48,699 nt of DNA from Thermoplasmata archaeon (GCA_020356005.1 CP070629.1:1981490-2030188); one strand, 5' to 3'; shown: positions 8,104 through 16,984, numbered from the stretch's first letter. Notes: generated by a model not told the origin, from the sequence alone. Numbers and translations are program-made.

Positions 8104-8540
8104 CATAAATGGTGAGTACGGCAGCTAAATCTGCCTAGAATGGTGAGTGGTGAGTGAAATCTGATTAAATAATGATAATATAAATGGTGAGTACGGCAGC
8201 TAAAGCTGCCTGGAATGGAAAAGGCATTAAAAGCCTGGGGATTAGGGATTGGGACGGTTGCTACGCAACCTTTGGGGATTCGGGTTGATTTTAATCAATT
8301 GAAATTAACCCCAATCCCTAAAGCGAACGACCGCAGGGAGTGAGCGTCCGAATCCCCAATCCCTATTATAATCTGCCTTCACCATTCAAGTGAGGGAGCG
8401 TAGCGATCGAACGTATTTTGCCTTCACCATTCTACCAGCGATTTATATGCTTCTCTTACCATTCAAGCGAAGGAGCGAAGCTCGCGTGCTCATCATTCAA
8501 GCGAGAGCCCGGAGGGCGGAAGCGTGCTCTAATATCATTA
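8104..8540. repeat. family A palindromic element, second full copy with internal direct duplication
   Basis: 8181-8364 aligns with 2876-3058. In a 128-nt sub-block I hand-counted about 90% identity. The ataaatggtgagtacg+hairpin module is duplicated at 8106-8144 and 8181-8219. Confidence 0.8.
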
Positions 8541-8570
8541 CTCATTAATTAATCAGCTTCTTATCATATC

Positions 8571-8583
8571 AAATTATATATAG
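8571..8583 (+). promoter_or_regulatory. TATA-box candidate for a leaderless DUF63 transcript
   Basis: aaattatatatag is centred about 29 nt upstream of ATG 8606, with no SD in between. Confidence 0.4.
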
Positions 8584-8605
8584 ATTAGTTCGATTTACAT
8601 TTCCA

Positions 8606-9925
8606 ATGAAAGCCAGGACCGACTCAAAAGAGCCCGATAAAAACCAAACAGGTGGCCTGAGGGCGTATGTGAATGCCAATCCGGGTAAAGTTGTCCTCTT
8701 TGCACTGATAGCTATCCTGGGCATTTTTGCATTGGGTGCACTTATTCTTCCCGATCTGGTCTGGGACCAGTTCATATGGCGCTATTTCTGGGGACCTATC
8801 GCCGCCGATGCAGAAGACAGGACTATTGGCGGTATAAACGAAGGATACAATGCCGTAAGCACAATTTCGTACGGGTTGATCCTGGCCGCCGCCATCTTTT
8901 TGATCTACAGACTGATCGTAATTCTTCAAATCAATCTCGATAAATGGTTCTTCCTGGCTATCATACCTTTCATAATGTTCGGCGGCCTCGCCCGCGCCCT
9001 CGAAGATGCAAAACTGTTCAACAGCCCCGTGGTATACCTGTTCATTTCACCCTTGATCTATATTCTAACAGGCCTGATCGCTGTGGCTTTGATGGTGATC
9101 GCCCATAAGTTAACATTCCAATGCAGTTCAAAAGATAAGCCCTGTGAGGGAAAAACCTGTCCGGTGAGCAGGCTCGATTATAAATTAATTGCATACATCG
9201 CCATTTGCTTTATCGTTATCAATCTGGCTTTAGCTTACATTTTCTTGCAGTCCCATTGGACAAATTACCGTATATCTCTCGTCTATCCCGCGGTTATTTC
9301 CGTTGCCGCATACCTTTCCATCGTCGGTTATTCCAGGTATATTTCCAAAGGTGTTATACCCATGGCGCTGGTGTTCGGTGCCCTTGGGCTTGTCATGCTG
9401 AGCTATCCGTTAAGCGGCGTTATAGGTTGGTTCGAAAGCCCGCAGGAATGGCAGCAGATATTCCTGGCTTCCGAGGCTGAGGATTCTGTGGTGTTCAGAC
9501 CCGTGGTGGTTCTTCAGGTTATCGGCCTATCACTGGCGGCAACGGCCGTTTGGGCACTGGCTGCATTTGCAATTTATAAAAAAACCAAATGGCATCAGGC
9601 AGCTCTGTTTTTTTCCGGCACCAATCTTGCCCTGGTGTTCGGGCAGTTCACAGATGCGGCTGCAACCTTCATCGCCATCGATTATTACAGCTACTGGGAA
9701 AAGCATGTGGTGCCCGGGTTCCTGATTGATGTCTTCGATACCGCCGCCGTGATGTTCTTACTGAAAGTGTTCGCATTATTGTTCGCGATCTACCTCCTGG
9801 ATATCGGCTTGAGAGAAGAATTAAAGAAGCATTCGCAAATAATTCCGCTGGTCAAAATCGCGGTGCTGGTGCTGGGCTTGGCGCCCGGTACCAGGGACAT
9901 GCTGAGATTGGCAATGGGCGTCTAG
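8606..9925 (+). CDS. DUF63-family archaeal membrane protein (with internal insertion)
   Basis: FIWRYFWGPI....GYNAVSTISYGLILAAAIFLIYRL...FFLAIIPFIMFGGLARALEDA, then C-terminal FTDAAATFIAIDYYSYWEKHVVPGF..LK. These match the DUF63 pattern as I recall it. 439 aa is longer than typical members. Confidence 0.65.
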   Translation: MKARTDSKEPDKNQTGGLRAYVNANPGKVVLFALIAILGIFALGALILPDLVWDQFIWRYFWGPIAADAEDRTIGGINEGYNAVSTISYGLILAAAIFLIYRLIVILQINLDKWFFLAIIPFIMFGGLARALEDAKLFNSPVVYLFISPLIYILTGLIAVALMVIAHKLTFQCSSKDKPCEGKTCPVSRLDYKLIAYIAICFIVINLALAYIFLQSHWTNYRISLVYPAVISVAAYLSIVGYSRYISKGVIPMALVFGALGLVMLSYPLSGVIGWFESPQEWQQIFLASEAEDSVVFRPVVVLQVIGLSLAATAVWALAAFAIYKKTKWHQAALFFSGTNLALVFGQFTDAAATFIAIDYYSYWEKHVVPGFLIDVFDTAAVMFLLKVFALLFAIYLLDIGLREELKKHSQIIPLVKIAVLVLGLAPGTRDMLRLAMGV

Positions 9926-9936
9926 AATCAAACCCC

Positions 9937-10092
9937 TCCGAGAGCGCTTGAAATCGATGTTAAGCTGAACACTCTGTGAGCGCTTCTTATTAATGTAGAA
10001 TCAGAGCGCTCCGTGAGTGTTTACAATCAATGAAAAAACAGAACACTCTGTAGCGTTTCAAATAGAAATTAAATCGAAGCGTTCCGATTTTA
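9937..10092. repeat. family B element (CACTC..GAGCG words in both orientations)
   Basis: gaacactctgtgagcgcttc and gaacactctgtagcgtttc in one orientation, and cagagcgctccgtgagtgtttac in the inverse orientation. Confidence 0.65.
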
Positions 10093-10139
10093 CCGCAACC
10101 TTAATATTTACTTGAACTAATATCAACTCCGGTAGATAC

Positions 10140-10412
10140 ATGGCCGAAGATGATGCCGATAGCAAAACCGAAGAAAAGTCAGAACGCCGCCAGGTTCTTG
10201 AGATCCGGCCGAAGGACCCCTCGCCGGAGGTTAACGATGCCGAGCCGCCGAGATATTCCCTGGGTGGAGTTCTCAATACAGTCAAGAAAAAAGGGTTGTT
10301 GGAAGCATTAGCAGATGATGCCTGGGGACCTCATGTACACCTGACGCTTTTATTAACTGTAATTATTTTTATTGCTATTGTAACGGTAGCTATGTGGGTC
10401 TATGTGTCATGA
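10140..10412 (+). CDS. hypothetical tail-anchored small protein
   Basis: 90 aa with an acidic/charged N-terminus and a single C-terminal TM (LTLLLTVIIFIAIVTVAMWVYV). Flanked on both sides by repeat elements. Confidence 0.4.
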   Translation: MAEDDADSKTEEKSERRQVLEIRPKDPSPEVNDAEPPRYSLGGVLNTVKKKGLLEALADDAWGPHVHLTLLLTVIIFIAIVTVAMWVYVS

Positions 10413-10440
10413 AGCTTTTTAATCGATTAGTAACGATTAT

Positions 10441-10566
10441 AGAAGTGCGGCCTACGTTGGACGGTTGCGAGGTGCGTACCGTAATGCGGCTAACGTTAAA
10501 CGGCCGATAAACGTCTGACGCTAGACGTTACGCGCTTCGCAACCCCAAACCGTCAGACGCACTTCT
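10441..10566. repeat. family C 126-nt hairpin element (ACGTTAGACG-type words)
   Basis: Terminal agaagtgcg / cgcacttct, apex cggccg at 10501-10506, and imperfectly complementary arms. Second copy at 47609-47735. Confidence 0.8.
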
Positions 10567-10694
10567 GGAATCATTTACTAAGCTCTAATAAATCGTTAAA
10601 AATCTATTGATTATACTTATATATTGCATTTAGCTAACTATATATATTCTCAATTCTGATTACATTCAAAACAACAAGGGCCAAGGCAAACTAC

Positions 10695-12437
10695 ATGAAG
10701 AAATGGGTTTGGTTCACTCTGCTGGCAATTTTGGTTTTTGCCGTACTGTTGCGATTAGTGCCACTGACGCAGTTTATGATCTGGGGTTCAGATACAGGTG
10801 AATATTATTACCTTACAACCCACCTCGAAGAAGAAAATAAAATGGTAGAAGATTACAACGGGTGGGGCCTGGGCTATCCCAGTTTTCCGGGCATGTTCTA
10901 CTTGAATGTAGAGGTCTCGGAGCTTACCGGGTTGGACCCGTTCTACACTCTTCTTATTTTGACACCGACCCTTTCGGCCTTTAGCGTAATCTTCGTTTTT
11001 ATGCTGACCCGACGGTTTGGCGGAAGTGAAGGAGCAGGGTTGGTTGCTGCTGCCATAGTCGCTGTTGCTATGCCCGTTGTGTACGCCACCTCGCACGCAA
11101 TGCCCGGGACCCTGGGGGATCTTCTGGCTCTGGTCTGCATACTTGCCTTTTTACAGAGTTACCGTAATCAAATGTACTTTCCGCTACTGGCGTTATGCAC
11201 ACTGGCATTGCTGATTACCCACCATCTTTCAACTTTCATCTTTTTAATAGCGATAATCACAATGGTAATATTCCGTGAAATATTGAAGCGTCCCAACATA
11301 ACTTTTGAACGACTGAAAATAGATCTTATTTACATTTTCATTTTATTGAACCTTATTCTGGTTTACTGGTTATTATACGCCGTCCCCTTCCGCGAAAGAG
11401 TTATTATGCGCAGTTTTGGTACCGCGGGATTAATGTATGTAATAGCAATGATTTACGTCGGGTTCGCTGTTTTCGTTACCTTAATGTTCATGCTTCGGAA
11501 ATATTCGACCTATACCTACCAACCTACAGAGCACAGTACGAGGAGGCATATGATTTACTTTATTATTGCTGTTAGTATATGTTTACTGGCGATACTGATT
11601 GCATCAATGGGTCTTCTACCCACACTGGACATCACACCGGACCCGTTGGTTTTTATCTATCTTTTGCCTCTCGCCGTACTTTTCTCACTTGGAATTCTCG
11701 GGCCCAACGAATCACTTCGATTTACTAATGGGATATACATGCTCGCTTGGATAAGCAGTATCGGGATTGCTTTGCTTTTGACCATGATACTCGGCAGTCA
11801 CAGCATAATAATCTACCGTTATGCACAATATGCAATGGAACCGTGGGCGATATCCATTGGGTTGGGCACAATGATGATAATCGGAACATATTGTTCCGGC
11901 GTGCGAAGTGATGGTGACAGGAAAACAAATCACAGTGCATCGCGATTTTTTGCGGTGGTGTTCATTATCGCCATCCTGATACTGGGTACCGCCGCCACGG
12001 CGTACCCGCCCAGGAGCGTAATGAGCGGGTTCCAGGAAGGTATAACTGATTCTGAAATGGACGGTGTTCTGTGGTGTAGAAGCAATATCGAAGCAGGTTC
12101 GACGGTTGCAACAGACCACCGGTTGAGCTCCATGCTGTTCGGGTTTGCCGGGTTGAATGCGAGCTGGGATTACGTGGAAAAAACCTTTTATGAAGAGGAT
12201 TTTGAAGATGTCCGGGACGAATTGAACAGGGTAAGCCTGCCTTCCGGCCGCAAACAAATTGATTATGTTATGCTGTCTGATGAACTGCGCGAAGGCGTGG
12301 CGCTCGTGCAGTGGAAACAGGCCGAGCCCATGAGCGAGGAGGCGGCGGCTAAATTTCAAGATAACCCATTTTATGTAGTCTATGATTCCGGCGATGTACA
12401 AATCTATCAAATCGATTGGAAATACGATATCGATTAG
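10695..12437 (+). CDS. GT-C fold membrane glycosyltransferase (PMT/ArnT/STT3-like)
   Basis: 580 aa with more than 10 TM helices. There is an early loop acidic motif (WGSDTGEYYYL) and a C-terminal soluble domain containing SWDY. The exact family is not resolved. Confidence 0.55.
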   Translation: MKKWVWFTLLAILVFAVLLRLVPLTQFMIWGSDTGEYYYLTTHLEEENKMVEDYNGWGLGYPSFPGMFYLNVEVSELTGLDPFYTLLILTPTLSAFSVIFVFMLTRRFGGSEGAGLVAAAIVAVAMPVVYATSHAMPGTLGDLLALVCILAFLQSYRNQMYFPLLALCTLALLITHHLSTFIFLIAIITMVIFREILKRPNITFERLKIDLIYIFILLNLILVYWLLYAVPFRERVIMRSFGTAGLMYVIAMIYVGFAVFVTLMFMLRKYSTYTYQPTEHSTRRHMIYFIIAVSICLLAILIASMGLLPTLDITPDPLVFIYLLPLAVLFSLGILGPNESLRFTNGIYMLAWISSIGIALLLTMILGSHSIIIYRYAQYAMEPWAISIGLGTMMIIGTYCSGVRSDGDRKTNHSASRFFAVVFIIAILILGTAATAYPPRSVMSGFQEGITDSEMDGVLWCRSNIEAGSTVATDHRLSSMLFGFAGLNASWDYVEKTFYEEDFEDVRDELNRVSLPSGRKQIDYVMLSDELREGVALVQWKQAEPMSEEAAAKFQDNPFYVVYDSGDVQIYQIDWKYDID

Positions 12438-12461
12438 AATCAATTAAATCAGGTTCTAGGT

Positions 12462-13466
12462 TCATGGTTCAAGGTTCTGGGTTTCGGGTTCGGGGTTTGA
12501 CTCTATCGTTTTTAATTCTGATAAAATTAATTCCTTCAGCTTGTCGATGCCCTCTCCCTTCATTGCAGAGATCTTCAGCCTCTCCGAATCTAGAACCTTC
12601 AAATCACTTTTATTCTCCACTTCAATCATTGCCAGCTTTGGAAAATAATTTTTCAACCGCTCCGAAAGACCCAGCTGTACCTCCAGCGGATATCCGCAGT
12701 ACTCCGAAGGGTCCAGCACAAACACCATCAGGTTCGCAAGATGTTCCAGGGCCATAACCGCCTGGCGCTCAATATTTTTCTTCTCGGAGGGGTCGCTGTC
12801 AAGAAGTCCCGGAGTATCGATAACCTGGTATTTTACCCATTCAACTTCGATGTGTCCCACCAGAACCTGCTTGGTGGTGAACGGGTATGCAGCGATTTCG
12901 GGCCTGGCGGAGGATAACCGTTCCACCAGCATCGATTTGCCGACATTGGGATAACCTGCAATTACAACGGTGGGCACCTCGGGGTCGATATCAGGCATTT
13001 TTCGAAGCGTCTCACGGGCGGTGTTAAGCAGCAGCAGTTCGGAATTGATCTGTTTCAAAACCGATGCGACGCGGCCGTACGCTGCATTTCGATGTTTCTG
13101 GATTTCATTTATGTTATCCTCCGTTTTGATTCGACGGATATTGGCTGTGCACACCCCGGCGATCTTCCGCCGGCCCCAATCCATAGCACCCAGGGCCTTC
13201 TTCAATCTATCGTTGCCCACGAGCACATCCACAAGCTGGTTATAGAAGGGATGGAGATTATCAATGCTTGGGAAACCCTTAGTGTATTTTTTCAATTTTT
13301 CCGTCAGCACATCCTGTATGATCTGCAGTTTCGCGATTGCAAATGCGCGTTCGCGGGTAAGCTTCGAGCCGGCCCCACCAGGCTTGGATTTCTTGGCCGC
13401 GCGGTGGAACGCGAGCTCCGTTAGCTCGTCTGCGGTCATTACCCCGGGTATCTTAAAAACGGTCAT
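12462..13466 (-). CDS. Nog1-type GTP-binding protein (COG1084)
   Basis: Helical NOG1 N-terminal domain followed by G1 GYPNVGKS, G3 DTPG and G4 NKSD. 334 aa. Confidence 0.85.
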   Translation of the reverse strand: MTVFKIPGVMTADELTELAFHRAAKKSKPGGAGSKLTRERAFAIAKLQIIQDVLTEKLKKYTKGFPSIDNLHPFYNQLVDVLVGNDRLKKALGAMDWGRRKIAGVCTANIRRIKTEDNINEIQKHRNAAYGRVASVLKQINSELLLLNTARETLRKMPDIDPEVPTVVIAGYPNVGKSMLVERLSSARPEIAAYPFTTKQVLVGHIEVEWVKYQVIDTPGLLDSDPSEKKNIERQAVMALEHLANLMVFVLDPSEYCGYPLEVQLGLSERLKNYFPKLAMIEVENKSDLKVLDSERLKISAMKGEGIDKLKELILSELKTIESNPEPETQNLEP

Positions 13467-13546
13467 AACACGCCTACAATCAGTTACAATCAGATAATAT
13501 TATCGATACATTTCTTGAGGCAAGAGGATGAAGTATAATCCTGCTT

Positions 13547-13755
13547 CTAAATACTGCCAAAACCAAATATTACAAAATCCAAAGTAAGTCCAAACTCCCA
13601 AATTCAAAAGCAAATCCCAATGTCAAAATTCAAAGTAAATCCTAAATCCAAAGAGGATTTTCCGCCGCTTTTGATCTTTGGATTTCCTTTGGTAGTTATT
13701 TGATGTTTGAGCTTACTTTGTAGTATTTGTAGTATTTGTAATATTTGGATTTAAG
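13547..13755. repeat. family E palindromic element (TACTACAAA / TTTGTAGTA words), ORF-less
   Basis: ccaaatattacaaaatccaaagtaag (13563-13588) pairs with cttactttgtagtatttgtagtatttgtaatatttgg (13712-13748). Apex pair is aaatccaaag...ctttggattt. Confidence 0.7.
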
Positions 13756-13828
13756 AAACATTAAATATCTTTATTTTAGCAATTAATAAACAAAGTGAAT
13801 ATATATCCCATCCTCTATAATCAAAAAT

Positions 13829-14440
13829 ATGCTGCGTATCGGGATACTGGCCGTGCAGGGTGCGGTTGCAGAACATAAAGCCGCCGTGGAACGCACACTG
13901 CAGATGAAAAAGCTTGAAGGTGAGGTCGTGCTCGTAAGGGACAGGGGTGCACTGGAAAGCTCGGATGCTCTGATTATACCCGGCGGTGAAAGCACAACGA
14001 TCTCAAAACTTATTGTAAAATTCCAGCTCGCTGATCTGATTAAACATCGGGTCAAAGCAGAGAACTTTCCAGTTATGGGCACCTGCGCGGGCTCCATACT
14101 CCTGGCATCCAAAGGCGATGAGGAAGTCAAAAAAACCGGTACAATCCTGTTGGAGTTAATGGACTTTTCTGTCGTACGTAATGCCTTCGGCAGCCAGCGC
14201 GAATCCTTCGAAATGCCTTTGACCATCAAAGGTATAGCACCCGAATCTCAGCCTTTTCCCGGCGTGTTCATACGAGCACCTCTAATTATGGAAACCAGAG
14301 GATCTTGTGAATCGCTTGGCAGCCTCCCTGATGGAACTGGAATTATAGCCGCCAGGCAAAATAAATTATTGGCGCTGGTGTTCCATCCTGAACTCACCGG
14401 TGACCTCAGAATACACGAATACTTCATTGAGACCATTTGA
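13829..14440 (+). CDS. pdxT: pyridoxal 5'-phosphate synthase glutaminase subunit
   Basis: IGILAVQGAVAEH, IIPGGESTT, catalytic GTCAG, and C-terminal VFHPELTGDLRIHEYF. Confidence 0.9.
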   Translation: MLRIGILAVQGAVAEHKAAVERTLQMKKLEGEVVLVRDRGALESSDALIIPGGESTTISKLIVKFQLADLIKHRVKAENFPVMGTCAGSILLASKGDEEVKKTGTILLELMDFSVVRNAFGSQRESFEMPLTIKGIAPESQPFPGVFIRAPLIMETRGSCESLGSLPDGTGIIAARQNKLLALVFHPELTGDLRIHEYFIETI

Positions 14441-14469
14441 TTTTCAACAATTCAAATTAATAAGGGTAA

Positions 14470-14690
14470 AATTCTAAATTCTAAGTACTAAATACTAAAC
14501 AAATTCTAAGCACTAAGCACTAAACAAATCCGAAGCACAAATGACGAAAGCCCAAACAAATTAGAATATCGAATATCCCAGGCAAAAAATAAAACCGAAG
14601 GGGGCGGGGCCTTGGTAGTATTTGGATTTTGTAGTATTCCTTGGTAGTATTGGTAGTATTTGAGACTTGGTAGTATTAAGAATCAAAATA
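14470..14690. repeat. family E-like palindromic element, ORF-less
   Basis: The left arm has ctaagtactaaatactaaac / ctaagcactaagcactaaac heptamers. The right arm has ggtagtatttggattttgtagtatt..ggtagtattggtagtatttg. The core ccgaagggggcggggcc resembles 6309-6327. Confidence 0.6.
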
Positions 14691-14697
14691 AAAGCTA

Positions 14698-15021
14698 CTA
14701 TCTGTACATCATCTCATCAGAATTCTGGTCGCCAACGCGCTTGTACTTACGCTTCTTCTCCTTTACATGCTTTAATGCCTTCTTCTGAGTCTCCTTGTGG
14801 CCTATGAACTGGAAGTCCAGGCGGTTCAAACGGATGTAGGTCTTATCCGGTAGTTCATCAAAAGAAATAAAGCCCCGTGAAGCCAACCCCTTGAGCACCC
14901 GCACCAATTTTTTCTCCGAGATACCCAGTTTATCTCTAAGCTCATCGGTTGTTATGGGATAGGTTTTGAGCAATACTTTAATCACTCGCGCTTCAAGGCT
15001 TCCCGATTCGATCTCTATCAT
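14698..15021 (-). CDS. small winged-helix DNA-binding protein
   Basis: ITTDELRDKLGISEKKLVRVLKGLASRGFISF (HTH plus wing), followed by a basic C-terminal tail. Confidence 0.55.
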   Translation of the reverse strand: MIEIESGSLEARVIKVLLKTYPITTDELRDKLGISEKKLVRVLKGLASRGFISFDELPDKTYIRLNRLDFQFIGHKETQKKALKHVKEKKRKYKRVGDQNSDEMMYR

Positions 15022-15093
15022 GGTACTGCCTCACACCTGTAAGTTTGATATAACCTCGCATGATCGCATGAGGCCAAAACTAACTTTTTGAAT

Positions 15094-15375
15094 TCACAGA
15101 TATGATTTCGAAGTGCTGTCCACATCCTCATCCTCATGTTTCTTGGCCTTTTTAACGACATCAATTGCCAGAATCATATGTGTGGGAATAATACGCATTT
15201 TGCCTCCCATACCTTTATGGGATTTATCCAGTTTAATACAAACTGCCCCGCCGTTGCCGATTGACAGATACCCGCAGAATTCCCCGGTGCTTTTTATAGG
15301 CTCGTCACGGCTGCCCAGCGATGTGATTATGTACTTCGAACCTTCGGTGAGTTCCAAATCATTTTCTTCGGTCAT
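15094..15375 (-). CDS. hypothetical protein
   Basis: 93-aa ORF with balanced composition, lying between two wHTH genes on the same strand. No family recognised. Confidence 0.45.
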   Translation of the reverse strand: MTEENDLELTEGSKYIITSLGSRDEPIKSTGEFCGYLSIGNGGAVCIKLDKSHKGMGGKMRIIPTHMILAIDVVKKAKKHEDEDVDSTSKSYL

Positions 15376-15424
15376 GTTAACACCAGATAAATTTTAAAAA
15401 CGCTGTTTTGGAGATTCTCTAATT

Positions 15425-15874
15425 TTATTTGTTCTTGTTTTGTTCTATCAGTTCCTGAAGATGATCGATGGTTTTGCGATAATTCTCCATTGCAAGCTCG
15501 ACATTTGCCTCTACAAATTTCCAAGCTTTCGATATATTACTGTACCTGAGTTTATATGCCTTTTTTACCTGACCGGTCTCCTCGTTTTCCTGCTCCACTT
15601 CCTCAAGGAGGTCAAGTCCTTTCAATTTATTCAGGTGGCGGTAAACTGTAGGTCTTGATGTGTTCAGAACCGCTGCAAGCTCATCAACCAGCCAGGCTTT
15701 GTCCGAGCGACTTAAAAAACATTCAATGAACATTTTCTCCGGGATATCGGGATCGCTTCCTTTTGATAGGTACCCGATCTGGTAAAGAAATTCCCGGGTA
15801 GCATTTGTCAAATCTTTTTCTCCAGTCAGTGGTAAGTTATTGACTATTGTCAACTCGAATCCCACATCTATCAC
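15425..15874 (-). CDS. winged-helix (ArsR/TrmB-like) transcriptional regulator
   Basis: LVDELAAVLNTSRPTVYRHLNKLKGLDLLEEV. It is transcribed divergently from the surface supercluster across a 390-nt AT-rich spacer. Confidence 0.65.
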   Translation of the reverse strand: MIDVGFELTIVNNLPLTGEKDLTNATREFLYQIGYLSKGSDPDIPEKMFIECFLSRSDKAWLVDELAAVLNTSRPTVYRHLNKLKGLDLLEEVEQENEETGQVKKAYKLRYSNISKAWKFVEANVELAMENYRKTIDHLQELIEQNKNK

Positions 15875-16275
15875 CTGAATATGAATAAAATTGAGGGTTA
15901 TTAAATTTTGTGGATTAAGAAGGTAGCCGTTTGATGTTTATTCAGTTTAGGTTATTAATTAATTTGGATTTTTTTCCGAAAAATCATAATTTTGAGCTTT
16001 CAAAGAGATTTATAATGCACATTTTCATTTTTTTTCAACAGGTCGAACCTACCACTGATTTTTAATTTTGTAAGAATTATTCAATGATTTAAAACCGGCC
16101 AAAATTATATTAAAAGAATAGTCATCGAATTCAACTTAGGACAGCCATCAGTACAGAAACTTTTAATTACTAGTAAAATATAACGAGTGAACCACATATA
16201 ATTTACAGTATTTTTATTTATATAAAAGTATTAACATTACCATTAAATATTGCCCAAAAAATATTGGAGAATACA

Positions 16276-16974
16276 ATGACAGATACCGAATCCACCGGCG
16301 GACAGGATCTAAAACAACGCCCCAAAACCCGATCAAATCCAGGGAGGACGAAAGCACGCTCCAGGCCCAGGAAGAAACCATGGGTTTACTCGTTACTATG
16401 GCTGCTGCCGCTTATATCGATCTTCATTCTCATATGGATGATCGTTCTGGAAATGGGCGTTGTAGGTTCGCAGGACAATCTGGGGGTAAGTTTAGACCAG
16501 TGGTTCATGCTGTCGGTTTTTATCATTATTTGTTGTATTATAATTATGATATTATCGGTGGTAGGTACACTGCTGGGCGAAACCAGTGCATCTGCTGCTG
16601 CTGCCGGTGCAGCAAAAGCAAAAGGAGCCCAGGGTGTTGTAATCGAGGCTGTACCTGAAGAAGATCAGGCTGAAACAGCGGTGGAAAAGGCAGTAGAGAA
16701 ACCAGCCAAAGAAGGTGCAGAGGCTGCAATAACAAAAGAAATGGCTAAGGAAGTTTCAGAGGAGCTTGGTGCCGAAGCAAAGGCAGAAGTGGTAAGTGCA
16801 AAGGCAAAAAAAGCACCATCTAAAGCAGTCTCAGCTGAAGATATCGCACCGAGAATAATAGAGTATCCCACTAAGGTCGGATCAGGACTTTACGGCGATA
16901 CCTACGTCAAAATCGGTAACAACCGCATTTTAAAACTTCGAACTATATTATTTGATGAAAGTAATTTGTACTAA
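16276..16974 (+). CDS. hypothetical 2-TM membrane protein with basic N-terminus and A/E/K-rich region
   Basis: RPKTRSNPGRTKARSRPRKK, two TM helices, then an alanine/lysine/glutamate-rich stretch. GGAGA lies 6 nt before ATG 16276; the track starts at TTG 16264. Confidence 0.55.
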   Translation: MTDTESTGGQDLKQRPKTRSNPGRTKARSRPRKKPWVYSLLWLLPLISIFILIWMIVLEMGVVGSQDNLGVSLDQWFMLSVFIIICCIIIMILSVVGTLLGETSASAAAAGAAKAKGAQGVVIEAVPEEDQAETAVEKAVEKPAKEGAEAAITKEMAKEVSEELGAEAKAEVVSAKAKKAPSKAVSAEDIAPRIIEYPTKVGSGLYGDTYVKIGNNRILKLRTILFDESNLY

Positions 16975-16984
16975 ACAGACAAAT

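Noticed and set aside
10441-10566. tRNA or other known small RNA in the family C hairpin and in the other structured spacers.
   Set aside because: It folds as one long imperfect hairpin, not a cloverleaf. There are no T-loop (GTTCRANYC) or D-loop features. I found no tRNA or rRNA anywhere in the window by eye.
12115-12200. Calling the 580-aa GT-C protein the oligosaccharyltransferase AglB on the basis of SWDY.
   Set aside because: Only a partial match to WWDYG exists, and I could not recognise the DK/MI motif or other STT3 landmarks. The call is left at the GT-C superfamily level.
11712-12443. 243-aa minus-strand ORF antisense to the GT-C glycosyltransferase, plus smaller ones at 10788..11140.
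   Set aside because: The plus-strand frame encodes a coherent multi-TM protein over its whole length. The antisense product has no membrane or domain logic.
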